Below, piece by piece: positions 20,345-30,703 of a stretch of DNA of 64,000 nt. Positions within the stretch are counted from its first letter, which is position 1. Each line of letters starts with the position of its first letter. A model generated the notes under the pieces. It did no database searches. It had not been told where the DNA came from and was given only the letters and a program-made list of their open reading frames with translations. Position numbers and translations under genes: made by a program. The DNA is from an uncultured delta proteobacterium (GTDB taxonomy: Bacteria; Myxococcota; Kuafuiibacteriia; Kuafuiibacteriales; Kuafuiibacteriaceae): assembly GCA_963803435.1 (NCBI GenBank), contig CAWDML010000003.1:768001-832000 (forward strand), given 5' to 3'.

Positions 20345-21537
20345 AGAACCCTCTTCTCCCGCAGCGTTCGGATCTGTTCGGGGGAGTAGCCGAGACCGGA
20401 GAGGATCTGCTCGGTGTGCTCGCCGAGCGCCGGGGCTGCCGTGCGGACGCTGACGTCGGCGTCGGAGAGGCGCACCGGCATGCGAAGGTTGGGCGCACGA
20501 CCGAACTCGGGATCGTCGACATACACGACCATCTCGCGATGCTTGACCTGAGGATGCTCGAACAGCTGCTCGTAGTCGTGGATCGGCCCGCAGGGAATGC
20601 CGGTGTCATCGAATACCTTCATCCAGTGCTCGGTGGGTCGCTGGGTGAACACCTCCTCGAGATCCTTCTCCAGCGCCGAACGATTCTTCGCCCTGAGCTC
20701 CATGTTGGCGTAGCGCGGATCGGAGGCCCAATCATCGCGCTTCATCACGGCGCAGAACCGCTCCCAGTTCGCCTGGCTCCCACAGGTCATCACCATGTAA
20801 CCATCCTGGGTGTTGAAGCGCTGGTAGGGCGTGAGCTGGCGATGGCGCGCGCCCAGCCGCTCCGGCAGCACGCCGCTCATGAGGTAGAGGGCACCGGACC
20901 ACGAGGTCAAAGCGACGGCGGTCTCGAGCAGAGAGCCCTCCACCCGCTGTCCTTTGCCGGTGGCTGCGCGCTGATGAAGCGCAGCCAGGACGCCGATCGC
21001 GCCCCACATTCCCGTCCCGAGATCCACGACCGGCTGCCCGACGAAGAGGGGAGGGCCGTCGGACTCACCGGTCACGTGCATGAGCCCGCCCATCGCCTGA
21101 GCGACCAGATCGAACCCGGCCTTGTTCCGGAGAGGGCCATCGGACCCGAACCCTGACAAGCTGCAGTAGATCAGCCGCGGGTTGCGTCGGCTCAGAACGT
21201 CGTAGGTCAAGCCGACCTTCTCGAGGACCGACGGCCGGAAGTTCTCGACGAAGATGTCTGCCTGGTCCGCCAGACGTAGGAAGATCTCTTTTCCCTCGGG
21301 CGTCTTGTAGTCGAGCGTCAGGCTCTGCTTGTTCCTGTTGATGTAGCGAAACTGGGGGTTGCGAGGCTTGCAGTCCTGCCAGGTCCGCACTCGATCTCCG
21401 ATCCCGGGTCGCTCCACCTTGATGACCTCGGCCCCCATGTCCCCCAGGATCGCGGAACAATATGGACCTGCCATGTACTCGGTGACGTCGAGGACTCTGA
21501 TACCGGTCAAGGGGCCGGGCGCGGGGGTCTCGTTCAT
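20341..21537 (-). CDS. Family III CoA-transferase (CaiB/BaiF)
   Basis: GPLTGIRVLD, GAEVIKVE, NRNKQS, ENFRP, GFDLVAQAMGG, APALGEHT. Confidence 0.93.
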   Translation of the reverse strand: MNETPAPGPLTGIRVLDVTEYMAGPYCSAILGDMGAEVIKVERPGIGDRVRTWQDCKPRNPQFRYINRNKQSLTLDYKTPEGKEIFLRLADQADIFVENFRPSVLEKVGLTYDVLSRRNPRLIYCSLSGFGSDGPLRNKAGFDLVAQAMGGLMHVTGESDGPPLFVGQPVVDLGTGMWGAIGVLAALHQRAATGKGQRVEGSLLETAVALTSWSGALYLMSGVLPERLGARHRQLTPYQRFNTQDGYMVMTCGSQANWERFCAVMKRDDWASDPRYANMELRAKNRSALEKDLEEVFTQRPTEHWMKVFDDTGIPCGPIHDYEQLFEHPQVKHREMVVYVDDPEFGRAPNLRMPVRLSDADVSVRTAAPALGEHTEQILSGLGYSPEQIRTLREKRVL

Positions 21538-21561
21538 TTCATCAGGCTCCCTCTGGAAGGC

Positions 21562-23213
21562 TCAATATCGCGCCAGCCAGCCGCGGCTAAAGGACTGCTT
21601 GGCGCGGGGCGCCTCCGGAGCGATCTGGACGTTGATGAGTGCGGGCTCTCGGGCGGCCATCGCGCGCTCGAGCGCCTGTCCGAGCTGGTCGGGCGACTCG
21701 CAGTGATAGCCGCGCGCGCCGAAGGCCTCCATCATGCGATCGTGACGAGCCCCGGGTGTGTACACGTGCACGGGCGGCGGCCCCGACTCGGGCAGACGGG
21801 CGACGCCGTTTCCGATCCCGTTGTTCACGAAGACGATGAAGAGGATCGGGAGTCGGTAGCGGACCGCCACCTCGATCTCCATCCCGTCGAACCCGAAGGC
21901 CCCATCACCCAGGATGGCGACGACCTGCTTCTCGGGGTGGACCACCTGGGCGGCGATCGCGAAGCCGAGACCGACGCCCATGGTCCCCCAGCTTCCGGCA
22001 TCGAGACGATGTCGCGGAGAGCTGCTCCCGAGGACGACGCGGCTGATGTCCATGGTCTTGGCGCCGTCGGCGACGACGATCGTGTCCTTGGGCAGCACCT
22101 TCGAGATCTCGAATAGCGGTCGGTAGTAGCCCATCGGGATCTGTTCAGAGTGGAGCTCTGCCTCGAGCATCTTGCGCTTTTCGGCCGTTCCCTGGTCGAG
22201 CTCTTGGATCCACCCCGCCGGCGCGTGCACGTCTCGGATCTGCTCGTGCTGCAGCATCTGCTCCAGCACCTGCCTGAGGTCGCCGACGATCCCGACGTGC
22301 GCTGGGATGTTCCGGCCCAGCTCTTCCGCCATGATGTCGATCTGGATGACCTCGAGGTCCGGCCGGAGGCGAGGTGGAGCGCCGAGGTGGAGCATCCAGT
22401 TCATTCGAGCGCCTGCCAGGAGCAGGACGTCCGCCTCCTTGAGGGCGGTCGCCCGTGCCGCCGAGGCGCACCGGGCATGACCGTCTGGAAGAACGCCCTT
22501 GCCCATGGGGGTCGGGATGAACGGGAGACCGGTCTGCTCGACCAGTCGGGTCAGCTGAGGGGAGGCGTCCGACCACGACGCGCCCTTGCCGATCACGAGC
22601 AGCGGTTTCTTCGCTCGGGCGAGGACAGAGACGGCTCGCTCCACCAGCGTCGGATCCCCGGCGGCTCTCGGCGGCGGCGGGACGGGCTCAATCGCGGGCT
22701 CGCCGGCGATGGAGCTCCCGAGGACGTCGGAGGGGAGATCGAGGTACGCGACGCCCGGCCGCCCGTACCAGGCCTCCCGGACGGCGGTCGCGAACAAGCG
22801 GGGGATGTCGTCGGCGCGGGTTGCTTGTCCGATCCACTTCGTGAAGGGTCGGGCGGCGTCGAGCTGCGTCGCCTCTTGAAACGCTCCACGGTGGCGCAGG
22901 GGCAGATCGAGGATCCGCTCAGCACCACCAGCGGCCAGCAGTTGTTCTGTGCGTTGCCCATCGCCGTGATGATGTTCGTCATCCCCGGTCCGGCCACCGT
23001 CACCGCGACGCCTACGCTCCCGCGCAGGTATCCGGCTGCCTGGGCCGCGAACCCGGCCGCTTGTTCGTGCCGCGTCCCGATGTATCGGACCCCTTCGTCC
23101 TGAATGCTCTGGATGAGATCCCAGACCGGATATCCGACGACGCCGAAGACCTCCTGCACTCCCTGGGTCTTGATGCACTCGGCCAGCAGGCGCGCTGCGG
23201 TACGTTCTCCCAC
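21562..23213 (-). CDS. ThDP enzyme of the oxalyl-CoA decarboxylase / 2-hydroxyacyl-CoA lyase family; apparent 1-nt deletion near 22909
   Basis: FGVVGYPV, RHEQAAG, NAQNNCWP, GAFQE, RLDAGSWGTMGVG, GDGAFGF...NNG. The two listed ORFs join if one base is added at SGSS|DLPLRHRGAFQE. Confidence 0.85.
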
Positions 23214-23219
23214 GGCGGA

Positions 23220-24149
23220 CTAGAAGAGCTGGTAGCTGAGGTTGAGCCCGAACAAGTGGGCGTTCCGCGTGTTGGTGCCGCCCACGAAGGCGCGGGCCAC
23301 GACGGCGACGTTGAGGGTCTCGGTGACGTCGTAGGCGACTCCTCCACCCACGAGATACACGTTCTCGCGAAGCAGCACGTCATGAAAGTCGCGGACGACC
23401 TGGTCGAGGTTGTCCCAGTCCAGGAAGTTCACGCCACCGTGGGCCAGCCGGATGTCGGTGGCCACGTTGATCTGTAGCTCGGGCAGGATGAAGTAGCCGA
23501 TCTGCGCGCTGATCGTGCTGTAGTTCTGGCTGATCGCACCCGTCTCCGCGAAGTCCGTCTTGAAGCGCTCGGAGAGCGCGAAGTCGTACGCGACGTGGAA
23601 GTAGAGATTGTCGAGCACCGGTCGGAGCGTCCGTCCGACGGCGAGGCCGAAGTGGAGCTGCTTGAGGTTCCGGCCTGCCCCCGCGAAGCCCTCGGTCTCG
23701 TAGCTCTGGGTGGGGATCGAGCCGCCGATGGAGACGGCCAGCGCCAGGAAGTCCTGCAGCGCCGCGATCGAGTAGCGAATGTCCGCGCGGAAGTCCTGCG
23801 TGAGGAAGTGGGTCGAGCCGTCGTCGTACGAGCCGTGCGGGCGAAGGAAGTCGCTCGCCGGGAGATCGGTCCCACGATACTGCAGGCCGTACAGCGGGAG
23901 GCCGGCGGTGATGGCCAGACCCGGCAACGGTGTGACGTACTCCACGCCGAAGTTGATCGCGTGTTGGAAGCTTCGGATCGAGCCGAGGCTCTGGCCGTCT
24001 GTCTCGACGATCGAGGTCGCGAAGCCGAAGTTGTATCCTACCGCGATGCTCATGCTGTTTGGGTCACCGACCCACGCCTGAGCGGAGGCGGAAGCGGGCA
24101 GCATCGAGATCGCAAAGATCAGCAGGAGGGTCTGTCTGGCGTGTCGCAT
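23220..24149 (-). CDS. Outer-membrane beta-barrel protein
   Basis: Signal peptide (ASA-QA), alternating amphipathic strands, C-terminal GLNLSYQLF. Confidence 0.75.
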   Translation of the reverse strand: MRHARQTLLLIFAISMLPASASAQAWVGDPNSMSIAVGYNFGFATSIVETDGQSLGSIRSFQHAINFGVEYVTPLPGLAITAGLPLYGLQYRGTDLPASDFLRPHGSYDDGSTHFLTQDFRADIRYSIAALQDFLALAVSIGGSIPTQSYETEGFAGAGRNLKQLHFGLAVGRTLRPVLDNLYFHVAYDFALSERFKTDFAETGAISQNYSTISAQIGYFILPELQINVATDIRLAHGGVNFLDWDNLDQVVRDFHDVLLRENVYLVGGGVAYDVTETLNVAVVARAFVGGTNTRNAHLFGLNLSYQLF

Positions 24150-24219
24150 CCAGACGGCATGATGACTCAACACGAAGTCGTTTTGAAGTTAGGCGGGATG
24201 AGCGACGCGATGTGGGTGG

Positions 24220-24579
24220 CTATCGCTTCTGAGCGCTCCACGTACCCGAACCACCGCTCGCGATCGTCCAATCACCGGAGGCGGTACAGTCGTCAAGGAC
24301 GAACGTTCCGGTGATGCTGATGGAGCCGGTCGCTCCACCGATCTCGCCCGTGTCCGCCACCATCGCCGTCACCGTGCGGTCGGCGTCGCCCGCGGAGAAC
24401 GTTCCGGTGAGCTTCCCGGTGTCGAAGAGGAGCGCCGTGACCATGCCTTCCTCGCTTCCCGAGTACGTGCCCGTGAAGCTCCCGACGCAGCCGCCGATCG
24501 TGCCGTCGCCCGGGACGCCACAGCTCGCGAGCAGGAGTCCAGCCGCCAGGCCGATCGCCCATGCACCTCGTGCCTTCAT
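24220..24579 (-). CDS. Small Gly/Thr-rich beta lipoprotein
   Basis: Lipobox LASC; FTGTYSG and ASGDW...SGTW repeats. Confidence 0.7.
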   Translation of the reverse strand: MKARGAWAIGLAAGLLLASCGVPGDGTIGGCVGSFTGTYSGSEEGMVTALLFDTGKLTGTFSAGDADRTVTAMVADTGEIGGATGSISITGTFVLDDCTASGDWTIASGGSGTWSAQKR

Positions 24580-24638
24580 CGCTCCTCTCTCTGCCACGGT
24601 TCAAATGCGCATACAACAAACCGGTCGCGGACGGGATG

Positions 24639-25196
24639 TCACTGCGGCCCGCCGCATTGGGCGTTGCACTTCACGTCACCGTCGTTGCATCGAAGGACTG
24701 TGTCGCCTTCGGCGCTGGCCGATTGCCCGATCTCGTCGCCGACTTCGACCGCGAGATGAACGGCTCGATCGACCAGATTCGTACGGGAGGGACACAGGAT
24801 GAACGTGAAGGTGAGCGTCGACCACTCGTCGGTCTTCTTGGACCTGGCCTGAAAATCGTAGGGTTCGATGATCTGCGTTCCCTCTGGATCGTTCACGCTG
24901 ATGGCCAGCTGCACGGGTCCATCGCAGAGCCCCTGATACCGGAGTGGAAGAAAGATGTGGAAGCCGTCCTGGACCCCCTGGATGAACGTGGTGCTTTCGG
25001 GATTCCACGGCCTCCAAGGGGAGACGACGCCGGAAGGATCGTAGCCGCCGATCTCGAGCCGAGCTTCAACTCCGCTCGGCTCGCAAACCGGCATCTCGAC
25101 CGGATCGGTCGGCGTGCACGCGTGGGAGATCAATGCGGCGAGGACTGGGACGGCTGAGCTCCGGATACATGTCGAGCGTCTCGATGGGTCATGCAT
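24639..25196 (-). CDS. Hypothetical lipoprotein
   Basis: Lipobox-like SHAC; IQGVQDGFHI motif; Cys-containing; colinear with neighbours. Confidence 0.6.
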   Translation of the reverse strand: MHDPSRRSTCIRSSAVPVLAALISHACTPTDPVEMPVCEPSGVEARLEIGGYDPSGVVSPWRPWNPESTTFIQGVQDGFHIFLPLRYQGLCDGPVQLAISVNDPEGTQIIEPYDFQARSKKTDEWSTLTFTFILCPSRTNLVDRAVHLAVEVGDEIGQSASAEGDTVLRCNDGDVKCNAQCGGPQ

Positions 25197-25226
25197 GGCG
25201 CTCAGCCGTCGAACGAAAAAAGAAGT

Positions 25227-26219
25227 CTACGGATCGACCTTCATGAAGTTCGTGCTGGTGCACGAGGTCGAGATGAGATCCAGGCGCCGCTTGGCGTCGG
25301 ACGGGTCGCTGTCGACGATGTGGTGGCTGAGGTACTGCAGGAACACCGACCCCATGTCGTCGATCTTTTCGACCATGGCCGACGACACCGTGATCTGACC
25401 GTCCGACTCGGGGACGAGACAGATGACGTTCGGGCCCGTCATTCCATAGAAGTACGCGACCACCGCAGTGACCGAGCCTTCCGGGACCTCGGGGCGACCG
25501 GTCTCCCAGGCGATCGTGATGTCCTGGCCGCGCGTGATCTCCCAGGTCGGGGCCGGCACGCCGAACGACGCCATCGTCGGGGAGGTCACGACCGGACGCG
25601 CCGGGAGCGTGAGCTTGCCCACGATGTTGAGGTCGAGGCCGGGGACGATCACGTCCATCGCAATTCGGGTGTCGTTGCCCGAGCCGCCGATCACTTCGGG
25701 GTCGGTGGCGCCGAAGCCGTACGGATCCTGATCGCTGTTGGCCGGGAGGTACTGGATCGAGAAGGCCGAGCCGCTGATCCAACCGCGGTCGAGCACCTTG
25801 CTCATCATCACACTGCCCTTCGAGTCCCTGAGCTCCACGGTGTCACCGGCGTCGCGCAGCACTCGACCAGGGACGACGTAGGAGGACTCGGCGGCCCCCA
25901 ACATGTCACTTCCGAAGGGGAAATATTTGGCCGCACGCACGTCGGTGCAGCCGGGCAATGGGATGAAGGTCTCGTTGGTGCCCGTGGTCTCGATAAAGTG
26001 GGCGTGAGCCAGCGGGTTGACGGTGCCGTCGGGCAGCATCAGGTTCTCGATGCGAACCTGGCCACCGTCCGGATCCGTGAAAGCAATCTCACCAGCACAT
26101 GCGGGCTGTCCATGGCCACCACACTGGACCATGCTGTCGTCGTTGGTTTTGTCCCCACCGCACCCCGCGAAAATCAATGCGACGGTTGAGAGCGAGAGCG
26201 AAAGTTTTCTGATCATCAT
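25227..26219 (-). CDS. Hypothetical lipoprotein
   Basis: GGAGG RBS, signal MMIRKLSLSLSTVALIFAGC. Confidence 0.72.
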   Translation of the reverse strand: MMIRKLSLSLSTVALIFAGCGGDKTNDDSMVQCGGHGQPACAGEIAFTDPDGGQVRIENLMLPDGTVNPLAHAHFIETTGTNETFIPLPGCTDVRAAKYFPFGSDMLGAAESSYVVPGRVLRDAGDTVELRDSKGSVMMSKVLDRGWISGSAFSIQYLPANSDQDPYGFGATDPEVIGGSGNDTRIAMDVIVPGLDLNIVGKLTLPARPVVTSPTMASFGVPAPTWEITRGQDITIAWETGRPEVPEGSVTAVVAYFYGMTGPNVICLVPESDGQITVSSAMVEKIDDMGSVFLQYLSHHIVDSDPSDAKRRLDLISTSCTSTNFMKVDP

Positions 26220-26403
26220 GTTCCTCCGCGTGGCGTATTGGACCTCCTGGATCAGAGGTTTCCAGGGCGGCTCCTCCTTGCAGGGGCGGAGCATGGCGCG
26301 GTCCGGACCCCCAAGCAAGTCGCGGATGTAGGTGTTCCCGGGAGGATGGAACCCACCCGCACCGTTCGCCGCTCAAATCCGATAACATGATTGGAAGCCC
26401 GAC

Positions 26404-27132
26404 GTGTTGTCCCGCCTTTTCAGTCTCCTCTCCGTTTTCACGCTGGTCGTGTGGTCGGAGAGCTGCGGAGGCAGCCCGGAGGAGGAGCCGTTGCTCTGGC
26501 CCGAGCGCGTGCACGACCTCTCCCCGACCCCAGGGTGCTTCGTCGATCCGCCCCCCGTACCGGTACCGAAGGGTGCGAGCGACGTCTTCGTTCTGCAGCA
26601 GCAACGATATGCCCGGCAGCGCGACGACCAGGGCGTCTTCTGCATCGATCGATTCCGGGAGATCCTCGAGGTCATGAGCGCGGATCCGACTGCGCCTCAG
26701 TGGTTCGTGCGGCGGCCGATCGAGCACGGCGAGCTGATCGCGAAGATCACGTCCGACGGCGATCGTGCGATGCCGGTCGGGCGTTTCCACATCAACCTCA
26801 CGCTCGTCCCCAAGGCGGGCGAGGACACCAAGATGGATCCGTGCTTTCAGACGCTGGACCATCAATTCGAGATCGACGGCTCGTACTCGCCGGCCCGAAC
26901 GCTCCTCAGCAGCGACTTCTACAAGATCGCCTGGGACGAGTCGGGCGTGGTGATCATTCGGCGGACCGCGCTCGGACCCTCGAACGTCATCCAGCGCGGG
27001 TGCGACGCCAAGCATCAGATCAGCTACGGGCACCTGGTGGACTACGACGAAGCGAACAAGGTCTCCTGCTGGACCCGGAGCGGCGAGTTCGTGTCCTGCG
27101 ACAGCATTCAAACCTGGCCCTTCGCGGAGTAA
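26404..27132 (+). CDS. Hypothetical secreted or lipoprotein, Cys-containing
   Basis: Hydrophobic N-terminus followed by SCGG; plausible globular sequence. Confidence 0.55.
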   Translation: MLSRLFSLLSVFTLVVWSESCGGSPEEEPLLWPERVHDLSPTPGCFVDPPPVPVPKGASDVFVLQQQRYARQRDDQGVFCIDRFREILEVMSADPTAPQWFVRRPIEHGELIAKITSDGDRAMPVGRFHINLTLVPKAGEDTKMDPCFQTLDHQFEIDGSYSPARTLLSSDFYKIAWDESGVVIIRRTALGPSNVIQRGCDAKHQISYGHLVDYDEANKVSCWTRSGEFVSCDSIQTWPFAE

Positions 27133-27205
27133 CCGCGCTCTAACCCTCTCCCACAGAGGCCGCCATGTTCGAAGCGGCCAGGTCCTGTGTTAGTACTTGA
27201 ATCCC

Positions 27206-30200
27206 ATGTTGCGGACGCGAATCGCCGCCGCGGGGTTGGCCGGGATCGTCGCCTTCTGCGCCGCCGGCGAATCTACGGCCACCTCCCCGAAGAAAAAGAA
27301 CGACCCGGCGCCGACCGCCCCGGAGCGCGAGACCAAGAAGTGGACCGGTGACCTTCAGCCTCCGCTCCAGTTCGAAGGGATCAGCGCACCTCGAGGGGCG
27401 ATCAATCGACCGGTCGACGTCCCGCAGCTCGATGTCGCCGCCATCGTGCAGGATCGCCGCGGCTTCATGTGGTTCGGCACCCAGAACGGTCTCGCGCGCT
27501 ACGACAGCGTGAACATGCGGAACTTCAAGAACAACCGCCGGGACCCCAACTCGATCTCCAACTCCTACATCACGGCGCTCGCCCCCGATCCGATCGACGG
27601 CGTCTGGGTCGGAACCGGTGAAGGCGGAGTCAACTACTACAACTCGGCCACGGATCAGTTCGAACACTTCCGGCACGTCGACACGGATCCGTCCAGCCTG
27701 AGCCACGACGGGGTCACGGCGCTGTTTGCCGGCCGCGACCAGATCTGGGTCGCGCTGGCCGACGGGAGCCTCGATAGCATCGATCCGACGAGCCACGCGG
27801 TCCGCCACGTGCTCCCACCCGAGAAGACGGGCGCGGGTCTGATCACGCTCTACGAGAGCGATGGGGCGCTCTGGGCCGGGACCGCGGGCGCAGGGCTGCT
27901 GCGCCTGAACCTGGTCACCAAGGAGCTCGTCACCTTTCAGCACATCGAGGGCAACGCCAAGAGCCTCAGCAACGACTCGGTGACCGCGCTGGTTCGAGAT
28001 CGAGAGGGCGCGCTCTGGGTGGGCACAGCGAGCGGGCTCGGCAAGCTGAGCGCAGGGCAGCAGCAGTTCGAGAACCACTTCCCGACCGCGAGCAACAGGA
28101 GCCTGCCGCACGAGTACGTGACCTCTCTCCTCGTCGATGATCGGGCCCGTTTGTGGGTCGGTACCAAGAACGGGCTGGCGCTCCGGGAGCCGGGCAAGCC
28201 GGGGTTCACACGGTTCGTCAACGACTCCAGCGCGGTCGAGACCTGGTCGTACCCGAGCCAGGCGGTCTGCGCGTTTCAGGACAAGAGCGGCATGATCTGG
28301 TTCGGCGACTTCGGTGCCGGCGTTCGCATGTTCGACCGTCTCCGGGAGAAGTTTCACCACTATCGGCCTGGCTCGCTGGACGCCAGCGTGTTCACCGAGG
28401 ACGCGGACGGGAGGATCTGGGTGGGGAGCTACACCCGTGGGCTCTACAAGTTCGACCGCGCGAAAGGCGAGGTCACCATCTACACGGTGGTGGTCGATCG
28501 TGATGGAAACTCGCTCGAGCTCAACCAGTGGCTCAACGCGGTGCACGCGGATCGGCGAGGAACGATCTGGGTGGCGCGACACAGCTACGGGCTCATCGGC
28601 TTCAACCCGAGACGTGAGACGTTCGTCGGCTATCCGTATCGCGAGGGTGGATCGGGTCCGAGCTCGCCGGACATCACCAAGATCGTCGAGGCGAAGGACG
28701 GCACGTTGTGGCTGGGCACGTGGGGTGGCGGGCTGGATCATTTCGACCCCCGCACCGGCGAGTTCACCGTGTACGTGAAGGACGACCTGGAGGGCGCGAG
28801 CACGATCGCCTCGGACTACGTGTACACGATCGCGTTCGACCGCTTCGACGACAACATCCTCTGGATCGGTACCGCCGAGAGCGGACTCAACAGGTTCGAC
28901 ATCTCGAAGGCGGCCGCGGAGCGCTTCGTTCACTCCGACGACGATCCCGATTCGATCGCACATAACGGTGTGCTCAGTGTCCTGCAGGAGAAGGACGGCG
29001 CCTTGTGGGTGGGAACGTACGGCGGCGGTCTGGATCGGTTCGATCCCAAGACCAAGAAGTTCGCGCACTACACCGAAGCGGACGGCCTCTCGAACAACAC
29101 CGTGTACGGGATCCTCGAGGACGAAGATGGGCGCCTCTGGCTCAGTACGAACGGTGGAGGTCTCTCGGTGTTCGAGCCCGGGAAGGCGACGTTCACGACC
29201 TATACGCGGCAGGATGGTCTCCAGGGGGACGAGTTCTCGCAGAACGCCTACTTCAAGAGCAGGAGCGGGGAGATGTTCTTCTCCGGACCGCAGGGCTTCA
29301 ACGCCTTTTCTCCCCGTGAGATCTCACCGGACAGCTACGTTCCAGAGCTCAGCTTCACGGGCTTCCGGTTGTTCAACAAGACCGACAGCAGCAAGCGAAT
29401 CTGGCAGGATCCCAGGGTCGATCTCGGCTTTCGGGACTCGGTCTTCTCGATCGACTTTGCGTCGCTCGCGTTCGCGGGTACCAAGCAGAAGCAGTATCAG
29501 TATCAGCTCGAAGGTTTCGTCGATCACTGGATCGTGACGAGCAACCCGGAGGTCACGTTTACCAGCCTCGACGGCGGCAACTACACGTTCCGCGTGAAGG
29601 GGAGCAATCGGCACGGCGTCTGGAGCGAAAAGCCGCTCGAGCTGGCGATCCATGTGGACCCCCCACCGTGGAAGGCCTGGTGGGCCTATATGATCTACGG
29701 CCTGATCGTCGCCGGGATCGCCGTGAGCGGTTGGCGCTACCAGCACCAGCGCATCATCGAGCTGGAACGCAAAAATCGGCTCGCCGCGGTCGAACGCGAT
29801 CTCGATCTCACCGGTGCAGTGCAGGCGGGGTTCCTGCCCAAACAGGATCAGATCAAGACCGAGGCGTTCGGGCTTCAAGCGTTCTATCAGCCGGCCGACC
29901 ACGCGAGCGGAGACTGGTGGTGGTACGAGCGCACGCGGGACGGTCACCACGCGATCCTGGTCGGAGATGTGACCGGTCACGGCCCGGGGCCTGCCATGGT
30001 GACCGCAGCCGTTGCGACGTCCTTTCGCGTCCAGAGCACGGGCGACACCTTGAAGCTCGTAGAGCGCCTCGAGGAGCTCAACCGGCAGGTGCGCGCGGTC
30101 GGTCAGGGTAGGTATCACATGACCATGTCGGTGCTCGATCTCGACGAGAGGTCCGGCAGGTTCAAGTTCTTCAGCGCCGGTGGATTGCCCCCGGCGCAGC

Positions 30201-30577
30201 TGAAGAATGACGGATCCTACAAGGTGTACTCGTGCCGCGGCACGCCCCTCGGAAGCGCCGAGTTCGTGATCGGCCAGGTGGAGGGACAGCTCGCGCCGGG
30301 TGAACGGGTCATCGTGCTCACGGACGGTATCCCGGAGATCAAGCTGAAGAACGGCCGAATGCTGGGAATGCGCGGTCTCTGCAGGCTCTTGGTCGAGACT
30401 CGGGACATGAGCTTGGCGGACGCGGTGAAACGCTTCATCGACGAAGCCGGCGACGCGTCGGGCAAGCAACTCCAGGATGACGACTGGACCTTCGCTTTGA
30501 TCCAGTGGCGCGACTCAGCGCGCGCGCTCGCCGCCCCGAATCTGGCGCACGCCCCGCATCCCGCTCAACGCACATGA
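27206..30577 (+). CDS. Membrane sensor: Reg_prop beta-propellers + Y_Y_Y + TM + SpoIIE/PP2C phosphatase
   Basis: Repeated D-x-x-G-x-LW-x-GT blades; YQYQLEG...LDGGNYTFRVKG; PPPWKAWWAY TM; SGDWW, GDVTGHG, TDGI, DDWT. Confidence 0.92.
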   Translation: MLRTRIAAAGLAGIVAFCAAGESTATSPKKKNDPAPTAPERETKKWTGDLQPPLQFEGISAPRGAINRPVDVPQLDVAAIVQDRRGFMWFGTQNGLARYDSVNMRNFKNNRRDPNSISNSYITALAPDPIDGVWVGTGEGGVNYYNSATDQFEHFRHVDTDPSSLSHDGVTALFAGRDQIWVALADGSLDSIDPTSHAVRHVLPPEKTGAGLITLYESDGALWAGTAGAGLLRLNLVTKELVTFQHIEGNAKSLSNDSVTALVRDREGALWVGTASGLGKLSAGQQQFENHFPTASNRSLPHEYVTSLLVDDRARLWVGTKNGLALREPGKPGFTRFVNDSSAVETWSYPSQAVCAFQDKSGMIWFGDFGAGVRMFDRLREKFHHYRPGSLDASVFTEDADGRIWVGSYTRGLYKFDRAKGEVTIYTVVVDRDGNSLELNQWLNAVHADRRGTIWVARHSYGLIGFNPRRETFVGYPYREGGSGPSSPDITKIVEAKDGTLWLGTWGGGLDHFDPRTGEFTVYVKDDLEGASTIASDYVYTIAFDRFDDNILWIGTAESGLNRFDISKAAAERFVHSDDDPDSIAHNGVLSVLQEKDGALWVGTYGGGLDRFDPKTKKFAHYTEADGLSNNTVYGILEDEDGRLWLSTNGGGLSVFEPGKATFTTYTRQDGLQGDEFSQNAYFKSRSGEMFFSGPQGFNAFSPREISPDSYVPELSFTGFRLFNKTDSSKRIWQDPRVDLGFRDSVFSIDFASLAFAGTKQKQYQYQLEGFVDHWIVTSNPEVTFTSLDGGNYTFRVKGSNRHGVWSEKPLELAIHVDPPPWKAWWAYMIYGLIVAGIAVSGWRYQHQRIIELERKNRLAAVERDLDLTGAVQAGFLPKQDQIKTEAFGLQAFYQPADHASGDWWWYERTRDGHHAILVGDVTGHGPGPAMVTAAVATSFRVQSTGDTLKLVERLEELNRQVRAVGQGRYHMTMSVLDLDERSGRFKFFSAGGLPPAQLKNDGSYKVYSCRGTPLGSAEFVIGQVEGQLAPGERVIVLTDGIPEIKLKNGRMLGMRGLCRLLVETRDMSLADAVKRFIDEAGDASGKQLQDDDWTFALIQWRDSARALAAPNLAHAPHPAQRT

Positions 30578-30647
30578 GCGCACTCCCGGGGCTGCTGCCC
30601 TGCGGACGTCGCGCGTCGCAAAGCGGGCCGCGGTGCCGGCCGGTTAC

Positions 30648-30676
30648 TTGCCATGCGTTTGGAGGATCCTTACGCT
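30648..30676 (+). promoter_or_regulatory. Putative sigma70 promoter
   Basis: TTGCCA-N17-TACGCT, then GGAGG RBS and ATG at 30704. Confidence 0.55.
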
Positions 30677-30703
30677 GAACGAACCTTGTGAAGGAGGCTC
30701 CCG

